A DNA stretch of 64,000 bases. Source: Eledone cirrhosa. Taxonomy: Eukaryota. Position numbers and translations under genes: made by a program. The stretch spans positions 9,610,001 through 9,674,000 of the forward strand of contig OZ024748.1 in assembly GCA_964016885.1 (NCBI GenBank), read 5' to 3'. The notes under the pieces were generated by a model. It saw nothing but the letters and a program-made list of their open reading frames with translations. It did no database searches and was not told where the DNA came from. Below, one piece after another: positions 1-14,770 of this stretch (position 1 is its first letter; every line of letters starts with the position of its first letter).

Positions 1-172
1 TTTGACACAAGGCCAGCTATTACCCCAGTACATTACTGGTACTTTATTTTACCGACCTCGTAAGGATGAAAGGCAAAGTTAACCTCGGCGGGATTTGAAC
101 TCAGATCGTAAAGGGACGTAACTATGCTGGAAAGCATCTCCGACCCTCTACCGATACTGCCAATCCACCACC
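1..172 (-). mobile_element. tRNA-derived SINE (MetaSINE-like core)
   Basis: A box tggcagtatcgg, B box gagttcaaatcc, core gcctttcatcct...gtcg.taaaataaagtacc; many copies in the window. Confidence 0.8.
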
Positions 173-431
173 CTTTGTGGAACAAATAATGCAAGCCACT
201 TTGTGTGATTCTCTGTTTTTATATTTAAAACTCTCCCAGATCCCTGGAGTATGTTTTTGTCTACTAATTAGATAAATAATCTTATTTCATGGAAACTTTT
301 TCAACTCAACAATATTACAGAAGCTACTATAAAGTCATTATATATTACTATGTTACTATGGCAATAAATGATGGCTTCTCTCTCTCTTTCTCCCTCTCCC
401 TCTCTCTACTTCTCATTTTCTCTATATTTCT

Positions 432-516
<85 letters not shown>

Positions 517-541
517 CTCATTTTCTCTATATTTCTATCTT

Positions 542-572
<31 letters not shown>

Positions 573-834
573 CTCTTCTCATCTTCCTTCTATATCACTT
601 TATCAAAGACCTAAGTAACCAAACAGATATATCTACTGCTGGAAGCGTCAGAACGGAAGTTGCTATGAACTTATTGATTGTGAAGAGGGCCTCCTTGTAG
701 ACTGAATCAGATAGAAGATATAGTTGATAGATGACTATCAAATAATTTCAGAGTCAAATAACAACTCAAACCAACATATCTAAATATAAAAGTAATACTA
801 CTTACTATATATTGACTTATACATATGTGTGTGA

Positions 835-873
<39 letters not shown>

Positions 874-1015
874 AGATTAAAGGTTTAAGCAAATATTTTA
901 TGCTTTCTCCCTAAAACCAGATCTTCTGAAACTTTAGGGTGAAAGCAGAAATTGTTTGCTTAACCTTTTAATCTGTGCCAATAAATATTTTATCTACAGA
1001 TATTTACATGTGTGT

Positions 1016-1078
<63 letters not shown>

Positions 1079-1815
1079 TGCGATGAGCAATGCAGATTAA
1101 TGTGAGTCCTTATGTCAGAAAATCATAAAACCTAAACTAATGTTAGTTTACAGCCGTTATATTAACAGTAAATTGTAACATCAATAATATTCAACACCCG
1201 CTCTAATTATGTTGGTCTGTTAAACAGCAAAACTGCAATTTTATGATTTAGTTGATATTCAGATAAAACTGGTCATAACAATATTAGCATAATATAATTT
1301 GAATGGATCAAATACCAGCCTCCATCATCTGCAGCAATATATCCCATAAACAGAAAATATCTTGCTCACTAACTCCTCTTAACTTTCAACTGATAAATGT
1401 AGGATTTGAAAACTAAGAATAATCAATACAACCTAAAATATTATAAAAGAATATTATAATCCGTGTGCAACCTTACAATCTATGCACTACGAAAGTTCAT
1501 GGAGATACTTTTGTCACACTATAACTTTCAACAAATATTCTCAAGGATTTTCTTTTTCTAAACATAATTTTTTTTAAGCATTTAAACCCATTAATGTATT
1601 CACGCAGGTAATCTAACAATCTAGATCTCTTTTTCTAGTCTGCATTACATCCACAAATATAGCCTGTGACTTAATACCAACAATTGGGAATGCATGTGTA
1701 CGTAAATGTGTACATGTGCATGCTTGTATATACACACACACACACACACACATATGCATACGTGCATACATACATTTTAATGATTCTGTGAGTACTCAGG
1801 TAAAATTCCAGACAG

Positions 1816-1871
<56 letters not shown>

Positions 1872-3019
1872 ACAAATCACTTTCAACTTCTTTTTTCCAG
1901 ATATTTCCATAAAGAGAACAAAAAGGTGCTACTGCTCATATTAATGAAACCTGACAACCAGAACTTTAGGAATGAATTACCTCCCTTACCTGGCATAATA
2001 TTGTCATTTCTGCCTTTTTATATCAATATTCATTATAGCGACAGTTTCAATATTTGTGTTCTTGCCGACTGTACTTTTGAGACTCTGGAGACAATTTCAA
2101 CTCCCTGGTTATGTGAGGATGTGTATCTTCTCAGAAAACTATAAAGTACATTGACTTTCTCCCTTGCTCCATCAGCTTCTAACTCTGGCTGGTTATGTGA
2201 GGATGTGTATCTTCTCAGAAAACTATAAAATACATTGACTTTCTCCCTTGCTCCATCAGCTTTTTATAGCCTCCTCACACCTTTACAATATTTCACTTGG
2301 GATAACTCTCCTAACTGGACAAAACGTCTCTAATTGGCAACGAGATTCTTTGCTAGACCTGATTCTGACACATCTTTCACTATGAGGAAGCCTCTATTGG
2401 TTTACTGCTAGAAACAGTTGGTTTACTGCTAGAAACAGCAACGAAATTCCTCTCAAATCACACCCAACCCTTTATAAAATTAAAACAAAACAAAATCAAG
2501 GAAGGATATATTGGGTAATATAGTCTGAGATAAAACGTTTGAATAGACAGGATGGTCGTGACTGGAGTGCTTTTCATCATAGATATGCTTGACCAAGGCA
2601 AGGACTAAACAACGACAATTTTGATAGCGAGATATGAGAGAATCTCTAATTAGTCACTGGACTGCTAATTAATCTCTAATTAGTCACTGGACTTACTAAA
2701 GAAATTGCAGCCAAATATCCTTCAAATGACAGAGAAACGTTTTAAAAAAAGAACAGGTTTGATAATGTAGACTATGTTTGGAAACAAGATGGATTGATAA
2801 AACCTTTTGTCATAACTCAACAACAACTATTTTGTTGTTATATAACAACTACGTCACGGAAGGGTCATTTAAAACATTGAAGAACACACGTACTCTTATA
2901 TTTATTTATTGATGATTAATTTAGCCATCATTCACAAATCAAAGATGACTTGGTAACAACATGCACCATACCTTCTCTCCTGGTTTAGGTGCATGTGTAG
3001 CAACTACACATCCTAACCA

Positions 3020-3070
<51 letters not shown>

Positions 3071-3570
3071 CGCACCCATCACTCAGTGGAAAATCAAATA
3101 CATAGTAGCTGGAGAAGAGAGAAATTTACATCCCGGTGCTATGACTGGTACTTTATTTTAACAACCCTGGAATGTCCCATAGTAAAGTTGACGTTGGCGG
3201 GATTCAAACCTAGAATGTAAGCAGCTGGAACAAATACTGCAAGGTATTTTGTTTGATGCTCCAACAATTTCATTTTATCCCTAGATTCTATTTTGTCGAT
3301 CCCGGAAGGATGAAATACAAAGTTTAACTTGATGGGATTCTAACTCGGAAAGTAAAGAATTGAAACAAAGACCACAAGGCATTTTATCCGATGTTCTAAC
3401 GATTCTATAACTTCACTGCCTCTTAATAGTGCTGTCTATTATGAAGTGCCAAAAGCTTTTGTCACACTTCTACAACCTGCCGAGTCCAATAGGAATGTGT
3501 TGTCTATTGTGTAATCTTTGACATAACTATGACAACAATAACGTCGACGATAATATTGTCAAAATAAACA

Positions 3571-3617
<47 letters not shown>

Positions 3618-3618
<1 letters not shown>

Positions 3619-3809
3619 ACGAAGGAAATGTGGTAAGGAACCAGGTGGACCATAAAGCACCAAAGTACTCAATACTTAGGGTAGTAGAGTGGGTAATAGG
3701 AACAAGTAAGACCCCGACGGCTGAGCTCAAGCCGTTTCGACGGCTAATTCTGGACTGCTATTAGCCGTCGAAACGGCTTGAGCTCAGCCGTCGGGGTCTT
3801 ACTTGTTCC

Positions 3810-3812
<3 letters not shown>
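3618..3812 (-). mobile_element. Penelope-like 3' end with terminal inversion (53-bp perfect inverted repeat)
   Basis: 3618-3697 matches the PLE terminus at 21238-21317; arms 3696-3748 and 3760-3812; flanked by (TA)n. Confidence 0.8.
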
Positions 3813-3857
<45 letters not shown>

Positions 3858-5841
3858 CCTGACTTCTAAATACCAGCGACACGCCATGGGAGCCTCTGTG
3901 GTGTCACTCCATTCGTTAGAAATAGTAACTAATTCTCCCTTAAACCACCCTTACAGTCTTTAAAAAGTTGATATATTGATTTATGTGATCTTAAATAGAC
4001 TGAAGACAGGATGGTCATGATTAGATTGTCGTTGATCTGCTTGGCTTAACAACAACACTAATATCAGTTAAATGGGAGAGGCTTAGGTGCAGCTAAATCT
4101 TGTCCCTTTAAATAAATCCTACTTTCTGGATTTGTTCAATAAAGATCAATATGTCAATCAATGAGATCGAACACTTGACCCCCGTGATTGCCCGAATCAA
4201 TTTGTCCTTGGTGTCCATATTCTAATCTAAGTTATCTAACCATTAATATTTCACCATCTAAACCATCTTCGTGTCGGTGGTGAGTAGGGAGGTGGTCCTA
4301 GGGCCAAGGACACCAGAAGTCTCCATTGCTACGGGCTCAACCGCAAACCTGTTAGAGAGCGACTGATATTTGGAGAGTTTGCTCTCCTCGACCCTAAGTG
4401 CAACAGAGTCTGGATTAGTTGCAGACAGCACCAGCTTGCAGCTAGATTTCTCATGTATTTCTGCTTTTACATGTCATAAGGTTACCTTAGTTACTATGAA
4501 TTCACCACATAAATATTTACTACTTTGACACCATAAAAACTGACCAGTCTGAAATTATTATATTTTTTACCGTTGTCAATTTAACAACACATACTTTATC
4601 AATAGATTCGGTGTAGTTAAAACCTACTTACTCCCTTTTAAAATATACAAACAATCTGTTACACAAACAACTTTCAACGTGTTTTACAGAACACTAAAAC
4701 ATAATTTTATGAGAATATTAAAACATAATTCCTGATATATGAGACACAAGGAATGAAAATATTCCTTGATTTGTCAAGCTATTCCAGTCTCTCATAAAGA
4801 ATGGTTGCCAACATTAGTTACTGTGTTGGAACAAGGCAATTAGTAGATTCACTAGAGTTCTGCCAGTAGACACAGTATGGCTGAATATTTAAGGAGTTTG
4901 GTCCGCAATCATTAGGTCTAGGGTTCGATCTCATTGTGTGGCATCTTGGGTAAGTGTCATTTATCATCCTCTCATACCCTTGGGTCGGCCCTGCATTGTA
5001 CGTGAAATTAGGAAGACATGAATTGTTTGAAAAGCCGTCAAATGGGATTGTACATATTTAAAGGGGACTGTAATATCACGTATTACACCACGTTGAAGCT
5101 CTCTCAGAATTAGGTTGAGGTGAGAAATATATGTGGAGTACTCAGCCATTTGCACGTTAATTTCAAGAACGCTGAGTAAAATGTCACGGGTTATATATTT
5201 ACATCTCTTTACGTTCTAAGTTCGAATATTATTGGTGTTGACTTTGCTCTTCATCGATACAATAAAATACCAATCAAATACTGAGGGTTTGGGGTTAATA
5301 AAATAAACTGTTCTCGCTTCTCGCTCTCTGTTGCCGTATAGTCATGTTAGGAACATTAGACATAGAGGGGCCATCGTTCCGCTTCACCACATATATTATC
5401 GCTATTTCACTCCTACCGTTACATACATACCTCATACGATGTATATATATATATTGTTATTCGCATTTGCGCAACGCCAGCGCTTTGCTATTGCATATTC
5501 GTAACTTAGGATAGCATGGCTTCACCAGACGGTATTTTGCATTTAAGCAGAGGTTACACAAGAAAAATAATAAAGTTGTTGATATGCTTAAACAAGAGAC
5601 ACAGAATATTGTCTGACGAAACAATGCCAGCCTAATTTACTATTATGTAACAATAAAGCGTTGTAGAAATGCACATAACAATAAATTTGTAAATTACACA
5701 AACTTGTCTTAACATTTATTCGTATAACAATACGCCTTCATATTATCCTCTATCCCATATCACTGTTGAATACATACAACCTACATGGAGTGGTTCAACC
5801 TACTAACATCATAATTTGTGTATTAAGATGTTGCAGACGCA

Positions 5842-5919
<78 letters not shown>

Positions 5920-5922
<3 letters not shown>

Positions 5923-6365
5923 GGTGTTAAAGTTTGCTTGAAGCATTGTGAAATGTGTAAAATATGTAGTTTAGAAAGCCACAACAATGCAGATGGGAAA
6001 TCTCGAGGTAAGAAGTGAGTGAGAAATAGGAGAAAAGTGAAAATTGAGAGAAACGAAAATGAAAACAAAACAAAGGTAGAAGGGTTACCGTAGTGGAGAT
6101 TTAATCCCAACATTTCGGGCTCACGCCCATCAACGGGGGAAAGTTCCAAAAGGGGGGGAACAGGCTAAGCCGGAGAAAGTTGTATTGTCGACAATACAAC
6201 TTTTGGACAAGCCCGAAATGTTGGGATTAAATCTCCACTACGGTAACCCTTCTACCTTTGTTTTGTTTTCATTTTCGTTTCTCTCAATTTTCACTTTTCT
6301 CCTATTTCTCACTCACTTCTTACCTCGAGATTTCCCATCTGCATTGTTGTGGCTTTCTAAACTAC

Positions 6366-6373
<8 letters not shown>
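5920..6373. repeat. Fold-back element with about 163-bp near-perfect inverted arms in (TA)n
   Basis: Arms 5959-6121 and 6210-6372; the same peptide appears on both strands in the ORF track; the spacer has a perfect palindrome aaagttgtattgtcgacaatacaacttt. Confidence 0.9.
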
Positions 6374-6450
<77 letters not shown>

Positions 6451-6552
6451 TAAAATAACAGATTAAAGTTTAAGCAAAGATTTTAGTCTTCAAATTTATT
6501 ATTATTACTATATATATATATATATATATATAGACGCAACACACACACACAC

Positions 6553-6593
<41 letters not shown>

Positions 6594-6957
6594 GTACAAA
6601 TGTAAATATATAACCAATTTATTTTCTCTGTATATATGCATGTATGTACGTGTGCCTGAACATGTGCGCGCGTGCACATGACTGTATTGTCTCCCATATA
6701 CACCTCTCTGGCTAGAGTGATATACCTACATGACCCCAGCTGGTATATAGAGATCTACAGTAGCAACGTTGGGGAGCTGAATGAAGTCCTTATTACCCAG
6801 CCACCATGCTAAGAAGATAGGAAAGCAACAATCTATATTGTAGCAACTAAATCCACAGGTTTCTAATACCTAAATACGGGTGGACAAGGCCTGCTCTGGT
6901 ACACACTCCAGACTTCAGTTCCCCATTCACTTGCCCAATGTGCCTCACAATATACAT

Positions 6958-7006
<49 letters not shown>

Positions 7007-7046
7007 GATATTAAATAAATGGAAACTATATTTATAAAACCATATT

Positions 7047-7107
7047 TATTCTATTATATATATTTCAAGGGTACCAAAACTCTGGTACGCTTTCATCAGA
7101 TAAAATA
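7047..7107 (-). ncRNA. Minimal type I hammerhead ribozyme (inverted copy)
   Basis: Reverse-complement copy of 7245-7305 with intact CTGATGA and GAAA. Confidence 0.72.
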
Positions 7108-7244
7108 CGAAGTGTGTTTTATAAATATTGACATAGCCAAGGAAAATACCTTAACGGTTCAAGTTTCAAGGAAACTATCCAAGGAAAACTTGAACCGTTA
7201 AGCTATTTTCCTTGGTTATGTCAACATTTATAAAACACACTTCG

Positions 7245-7305
7245 TATTTTATCTGATGAAAGCGTACCAAAGTTTTGGTACCCTTGAAATATATATAATA
7301 GAATA
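7245..7305 (+). ncRNA. Minimal type I hammerhead ribozyme
   Basis: Stem I tattttat/atagaata; CTGATGA; stem II aag-c-gtaccaa-agtt-ttggtac-c-ctt; GAAA; palindromic TATATA loop III; UA cleavage site. Confidence 0.75.
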
Positions 7306-7443
7306 AATATGGTTTTATAAATATAGTTTCCATTTATTTAATAATATTGAATTTTATATTCCAGAAAATCTGTCGAGTGCTCTGAAACAGTTATAAACAT
7401 TTATATTTGTTGAATTACCAACAAATTGAATATCCCTTCTGCT

Positions 7444-8400
<957 letters not shown>

Positions 8401-9343
8401 ACAACCTGTTATGGGGTTGGGTCGTCGGTGACTCCATCAGACTAACTTGATGAAAAGGGTGATTGGACACGTGGCGAGGTGAAAAGCAAAACCTGACAAA
8501 GGGCGGCGGAGAAACTCATAAGAGTCAATAGCCATCAAAAGATTTACTGGGAAAGAAAACCTGAAGATGAATCAGTTGCTAGTCTTCCCGACATATGTTG
8601 AAAGATCGGCTTTTCATGCAGGTTTTGTCTGTAAAGTGAACTTGGTTCTATGCTAGCCACGACCACGATAATCAAATTAACTCACAGGAACTTCTTAAAC
8701 TCTGAATGGATAACAGACAACATTTCATTCAAAAGATCTGCAGCAATGGGGGAGAGTTGTGGTGTGTACGAGCCTAACAAGCTGAAAGTATGTAGTAAGC
8801 GACTTGGGATATTGGTCGTTTTGTCTCCAAACATAAGCAAGGGAACGACTCGGCAGCACCCCATATGACTGAGCAGCTCTTTCCGTGGATATCACTGCTC
8901 ACGTGCTAGCTAGGAGGGACCTCGGAAAGGTCGTCTAAAGAAAGCTTGCCTATATCTAAGCTGGTCAGCAATCCGTGGAAATGTAATGAAATGACTAAGA
9001 TGGACAGAATACATGTTGAATGACATCTTTGGCAATTGTGTCCTAGAAGGTGAGCACGTTATTGGGTTGCCCAGGCTTAAACCAACCTGAACGTTCAACT
9101 GTTCTTATCTGTAAAGAGTTCCATCGTTAAGATGGCACCACAAACCATGCCAATCAAACTGAAGCAGACAGGAAACATCCTGGCACATTGTGTGACACTT
9201 CCTGATTTCATGAACCAACGACAGCAACATCAACAACAGCAACATCAAAAACACGTTTTTTCCAATGTCTTTTTGTTGTTGCTGTTCTAAGAAGTGGCCA
9301 TACTCGGACACGAGCTAGCTTCCACTATGTATGTGTGTGTATA

Positions 9344-9924
9344 CAGTGGCGCACTGGCCAGGTTGCCCAATGGCAAGTGGGATCCAGGGGGCCCACGTTG
9401 CATTGCAGGGCCCATTGTAGTATTTTAGGGGCCAATGCTTAGCTTTTAAAAAATACCTGAAGTCTAAGAAAAAGAATAAAAAATTGTTTAATAAATAAAA
9501 CAATTAAGCAAAGCATTTGGTCAACATCATTTTGTTTTGAAAATTTTGAAAGTAGGTTTATAAGTATGAATTTTCACTAGATTTTCGTAGCTGTCTCGGT
9601 GGCCTAGTGGTGGAAATCCTGGTCTTGGGTTCAATCCTAGTCAAGAGGTACATGTAATATCTTTCAGTTTTTATTTTACATCGAATAGAAAAAAGACAAA
9701 CGGTTTACCGGCAACCCTACTCCCGACCAGGATCGAACTTCAGACCAGGATCACCACTGTCTACGATTCCTCCAACTAGGCCACCGAGACAGCTACAAAA
9801 GTATAATGAAAGTTAATGATTATAAACCTACTTTCAAAATCAAAATTAAATAATAGCATTTTATATGTAGGTGGGCCCTCTTCATCTCCTGGCACCCGAT
9901 ATTTTTAGACCCAGTCAGCCATTG
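9344..9924. mobile_element. hAT-type MITE with internal inverted tRNA-like heads
   Basis: TIRs cagtggcgcactgg / ccagtcagccattg (11/14 match); 8-bp TSD tgtgtata / tgtgttta. Confidence 0.6.
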
Positions 9925-9930
9925 TGTGTT

Positions 9931-9993
<63 letters not shown>

Positions 9994-10030
9994 ATGTATG
10001 TATGTATGTATGTATGTATGTATGTATGTA

Positions 10031-10077
<47 letters not shown>

Positions 10078-10512
10078 ACATATTGAAAATGTAGTAAATA
10101 ATATTAGGTTTTCCTGAAATACATTCCAAATATAGACATACACACACACACACACAACACATACACGTATATACATACAGATATGTGTGTGTACATACAT
10201 ATATGTGTGTGTACACATATCTGTGTGTACATATATGTGTGTACATACACACATATATGTATGTACACATACATATATGTGTGTGTACATACATATATGT
10301 GTGTGTACACATATCTGTGTGTACATATATGTGTGTACATACACACATATATGTATGTACACATACATATATGTGTGTACATACATGTATTTCTATGAAC
10401 TATCTTACGGCACTCTGTAGACGAATAAAGAATTTTAAAAAACAGAAACAGAATCTTGTCGATTTTTTACATTTGTTGTTTTTTTAAATATTTTTTTCCT
10501 CAAAATTCAACA

Positions 10513-11650
10513 GTTGTTGTTATTGTTGTTATTGTTGTTGCTGTTGTTATTGCTGTTGTTATTGTTATTGCTGTTGTTATTGTTATTGCTGTTGTTATTG
10601 TTGTTGCTGTTATTGTTGTTGCTGTTGTTATTGTTGTTGCTGTTGTTATTGTTGTTGTTGTTATTGTTGTTGTTGTTGTTGTTGCTGTTGTTGTTGCTGT
10701 TGTTGTTATTGCTGTTGTTGTTATTGCTGTTGTTGTTATTGCTGTTGTTATTGCTGTTGTTGTTATTGCTGTTGTTGTTATTGCTGTTGTTGTTATTGCT
10801 GTTGTTGTTATTGCTGTTGTTGTTATTGCTGTTGTTGTTATTGCTGTTGTAATTTTACCCTTGATTATATATCGCTGTTGCTATCTCTGCTATATTTGTT
10901 ATTGTTGTTGTTAGTAGTAGTAGTAGTAGTAGTAGTAGTAGCAAGCCTCAGTTGTCGTCTGATGAGAATGTAAGAGACCAGCTGACATCTGCTGCTTCGC
11001 AGATAAGATTCTTTATCATTTCTCTATTAGTGTTCTCTCAACATCACCGCCGCCACCACCACCATCAATACCACCACCACCACCGCCACCATCATCGTCA
11101 TCAATACCATCACCGACACCATCATCATCATCAATACCACCACCACCACCACCATCACCACCACCACCATCACCACCACCACCATCAATACCACCATCAA
11201 TACCACCACCATCATCATCATCAATACCACCACCACCACCACCGCCACCATCAATACCACCACCACCGCCACCATCATCGTCATCAATACCATCACGGCC
11301 ATCATCATCATCAACAATACCACCACCACCATCACCCCCATCAATACCACCACCACCATCGCCACCATCATCATCATCAATACCACCACCACCAACACCC
11401 CAACACCACCACCACCACCCCCAATACCACTATCACCACCACCACCTCCAACACCCCTATCCCCAACACCACCATCACTCCCAACACCACCACCATCACC
11501 CCCATCACCAACACCACCCACCACCACCATAACCCCCAACACCCCCATCCCCAACACCACCCACCACCACCATCACCCCCACCACCACCATCATCCCCAA
11601 CACCAACACCACCAGCACCGCCAACACCATCATCATCAACAATATCATCA
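10513..11650. repeat. Trinucleotide microsatellite block: (GTT/GCT)n, (TAG)n, (CAC/CAT)n
   Basis: Direct inspection; source of the poly-L, poly-V and poly-H ORFs. Confidence 0.92.
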
Positions 11651-12792
11651 TGACATCTATTACGTCTATCTGAACAGATAATAGTTTGGCGGCCATCTTG
11701 TATTCGTCAACTGATAAAATACTTTTTAATATTTTATTTCAACACAAATTTTATCTCATTCTTCATTTCTCAACATTCTATTTTCACGTTTGGCCTTCAC
11801 TAAATCGAATCATTTGTTCTCTAAGTATAAACTTAACCCTTTTAAAGTTACAACACTGTGAGTGTATAAATTGAATTTATAGTTACATAAAGTTAATCTA
11901 TAAAATAGTTTACCATTCACCATATTTACATCTGTTCGTGACATTTTTACTCATGTTGGTTATTACAAATGACCAATTGCCAGGCGTGTGATCTACTGTT
12001 GGGTTTATGATCGAAGTGTTGTAAGTTCGGTTCCTAGATCCTGTTATGTGTTGTGTTTTTGATCAAAACACTTTATTTCATGTTGATGTTGCTCAGCTGA
12101 AAATGAGTACTGGCAGTAGGTGTGGGTTCAACCCTGAGATGGACTGGAGTTCTATCCGGGGCGAGGGGTATTGTACTCTCAGTCACACCACGGCTCTATT
12201 TCGTGAGACGTTCCACTGAGTGGAATTCAGCCAGAATTTTGGTTTCATCTCATCTTTATTTTCCCAATTGGCGTGAGTGTATAAATTGTCCTAGTCAACC
12301 TTAGTAATGATCTCGTACTTTATTTATCGACATTGAAATAATTAGCGGTAAAATTGACTTTGGCAGGATTTGCTCTCACTGTACACTTTCAGAATATATT
12401 TTCATTTGCGTTTTTAGAATATATCTATCTATCTACATACATTATATATATATGTATGTGCGAGTACGTGTTTGCATGTGTGTGTGTATATATGTATGCG
12501 TGAGTGTTTGCATATGTATATGTGCTTGTCTATATGGGTGTGTAAATGTGTGCGTGTTTGTGTATCTGTATATATATGTGTGTGCGTGTGTTTAAAATAT
12601 ATGGTTTGATATATAAATTTAATGAAGCTAAAGAATTGAGACGAACGAGAACAGGGCATAGTTAAACAGTCCGACAAATGTTGGAATTAAAAACCTGTTA
12701 TTAGAAGTTTAAGATCTTGGCAACATCTTGGATCAACTTTGAAAAACAATGAAAGGTCTAGCAAACTTTGAAGAGAATAAAGAGACGCCATG

Positions 12793-14014
12793 TGTAATAA
12801 TAACTACAGATTATAACTTATGGTGTAATAATAACTACAGATTATAACTTATGGTGTAATAATAACTACACATTATAACTTATGGTGTAATAATAACTAC
12901 ACATTATAACTTATGGTGTAATAATAACTACACATTATAACTTATGGTGTAATAATAACTACAGATTATAACTTATGGTGTAATAATAACTACAGATTAT
13001 AACTTATGGTGTAATAATAACTCCACATTATAACTTATGGTGTAATAATAACTACACATTATAACTTATGGTGTAATAATAACTACACATTATAACTTAT
13101 GGTGTAATAATAACTACACATTATAACTTATGGTGTAATAATAACTACACATTATAACTTATGGTGTAATAATAACTACACATTATAACTTATGGTGTAA
13201 TAATAACTACACATTATAACTTATGGTGTAATAATAACTACAGATTATAACTTATGGTGTAATAATAACTACACATTATAACTTATGGTGTAATAATAAC
13301 TACACATTATAACTTATGGTGTAATAATAACTACACATTATAACTTATGGTGTAATAATAACTACAGATTATAACTTATGGTGTAATAATAACTACACAT
13401 TATAACTTATGGTGTAATAATAACTACACATTATAACTTATGGTGTAATAATAACTACACATTATAACTTATGGTGTAATAATAACTACACATTATAACT
13501 TATGGTGTAATAATAACTACAGATTATAACTTATGGTGTAATAATAACTACACATTATAACTTATGGTGTAATAATAACTACACATTATAACTTATGGTG
13601 TAATAATAACTACACATTATAACTTATGGTGTAATAATAACTACAGATTATAACTTATGGTGTAATAATAACTACAGATTATAACTTATGGTGTAATAAT
13701 AACTACAGATTATAACTTATGGTGTAATAATAACTACACATTATAACTTATGGTGTAATAATAACTACACATTATAACTTATGGTGTAATAATAACTACA
13801 GATTATAACTTATGGTGTAATAATAACTACACATTATAACTTATGGTGTAATAATTGTTTCTACTTTAGGCACAAGGCCAGCAATTAACCAGTACATTAC
13901 TGGTACTTTATTTTATCGACCTCGTAAGGATGAAAGGCAAAGTTAACTTCGGCGGGAACTCGTGTGTAATAATAGCTACACATTATAACTCGTGTGTAAT
14001 AATAACTACACATT
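12793..14014. repeat. 31-bp minisatellite, about 34 copies plus 2 diverged copies after a SINE insertion
   Basis: Unit tgtaataataactaca(c/g)attataacttatgg. Confidence 0.96.
13852..13957 (-). mobile_element. SINE, 5'-truncated, inserted into the 31-bp minisatellite
   Basis: Same family; the satellite resumes at about 13958. Confidence 0.8.
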
Positions 14015-14318
14015 AATAGCTAATAATAAAATTAATGGATTCATGTGAGTAAACAGAATGAAGAGATAATGAAGTTCACGACTTTTGAAGAACAGGCACT
14101 TCTGTTGTTGTTCTATTAATTATGGAGATTTCATAATGGAATGCATTCCTGTCATCTTCCCTAAACACTTTACATCCGAGGTTTCCTGATAATACTTCAA
14201 TGTGAATACTTCATCCTTTGATAATGTATTTAAAGTAGACAATCCATTCTTTACAGCTAGCTTTTACATACAGATGGCAGATGTCTAAACAGAGACTAGA
14301 ATTGCTCTCTCCTACCTT

Positions 14319-14395
<77 letters not shown>

Positions 14396-14454
14396 CAAGA
14401 AGAAAGCTTGCTGTTCTCCATTTTTACATGAGATCCACTTGGCCTCGTTATAAA

Positions 14455-14770
14455 TGGCGGAGTAGCAGACGTCGTTAGAACGTTAGAGAGAATATTTTGT
14501 GGTATTTTTTCCAGTTTTCTGTCTTCTCAGTTTAAATCCTACTAACTTTGCCTTTCATCCTTTCGAGATCGATATAAAAAAAAATAACAGGTCAAGTACT
14601 CTGATCAATTCTTCCTCTATATCTCTTTCTCACTTTCAATTATTCTCTGGAAGAAATCTGCTTCCCTCAGATCTGGAGAGGAGATGGCCTCCGCCAGGTT
14701 TGAAAATTCCCAAGAAACATCGTATGTCACAACGGCACATCTACGACCCCACAAGGAGTTATGGGTCCAT
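14455..14770 (+). mobile_element. SINE subfamily with the same core and an alternative, longer 3' tail
   Basis: Core followed by tcttcctctatatctc...ctggagaggagatgg...ccaggttt; minus-strand copies at about 26500-26706, 39405-39712 and 51085-51355. Confidence 0.7.

Noticed and set aside
2105-2262. Direct duplication of about 75 bp
   Set aside because: Simple two-copy local duplication with no further structure.
9587-9795. Functional tRNA genes
   Set aside because: A and B boxes are present but there is no complete cloverleaf; treated as TE-derived heads.
10955-11010. CTGATGA motif as a hammerhead
   Set aside because: No downstream GAAA or closing stems.
10456-11696. Poly-Val, poly-Leu and His-rich ORFs
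   Set aside because: Translations of trinucleotide microsatellites; no splice or domain evidence.
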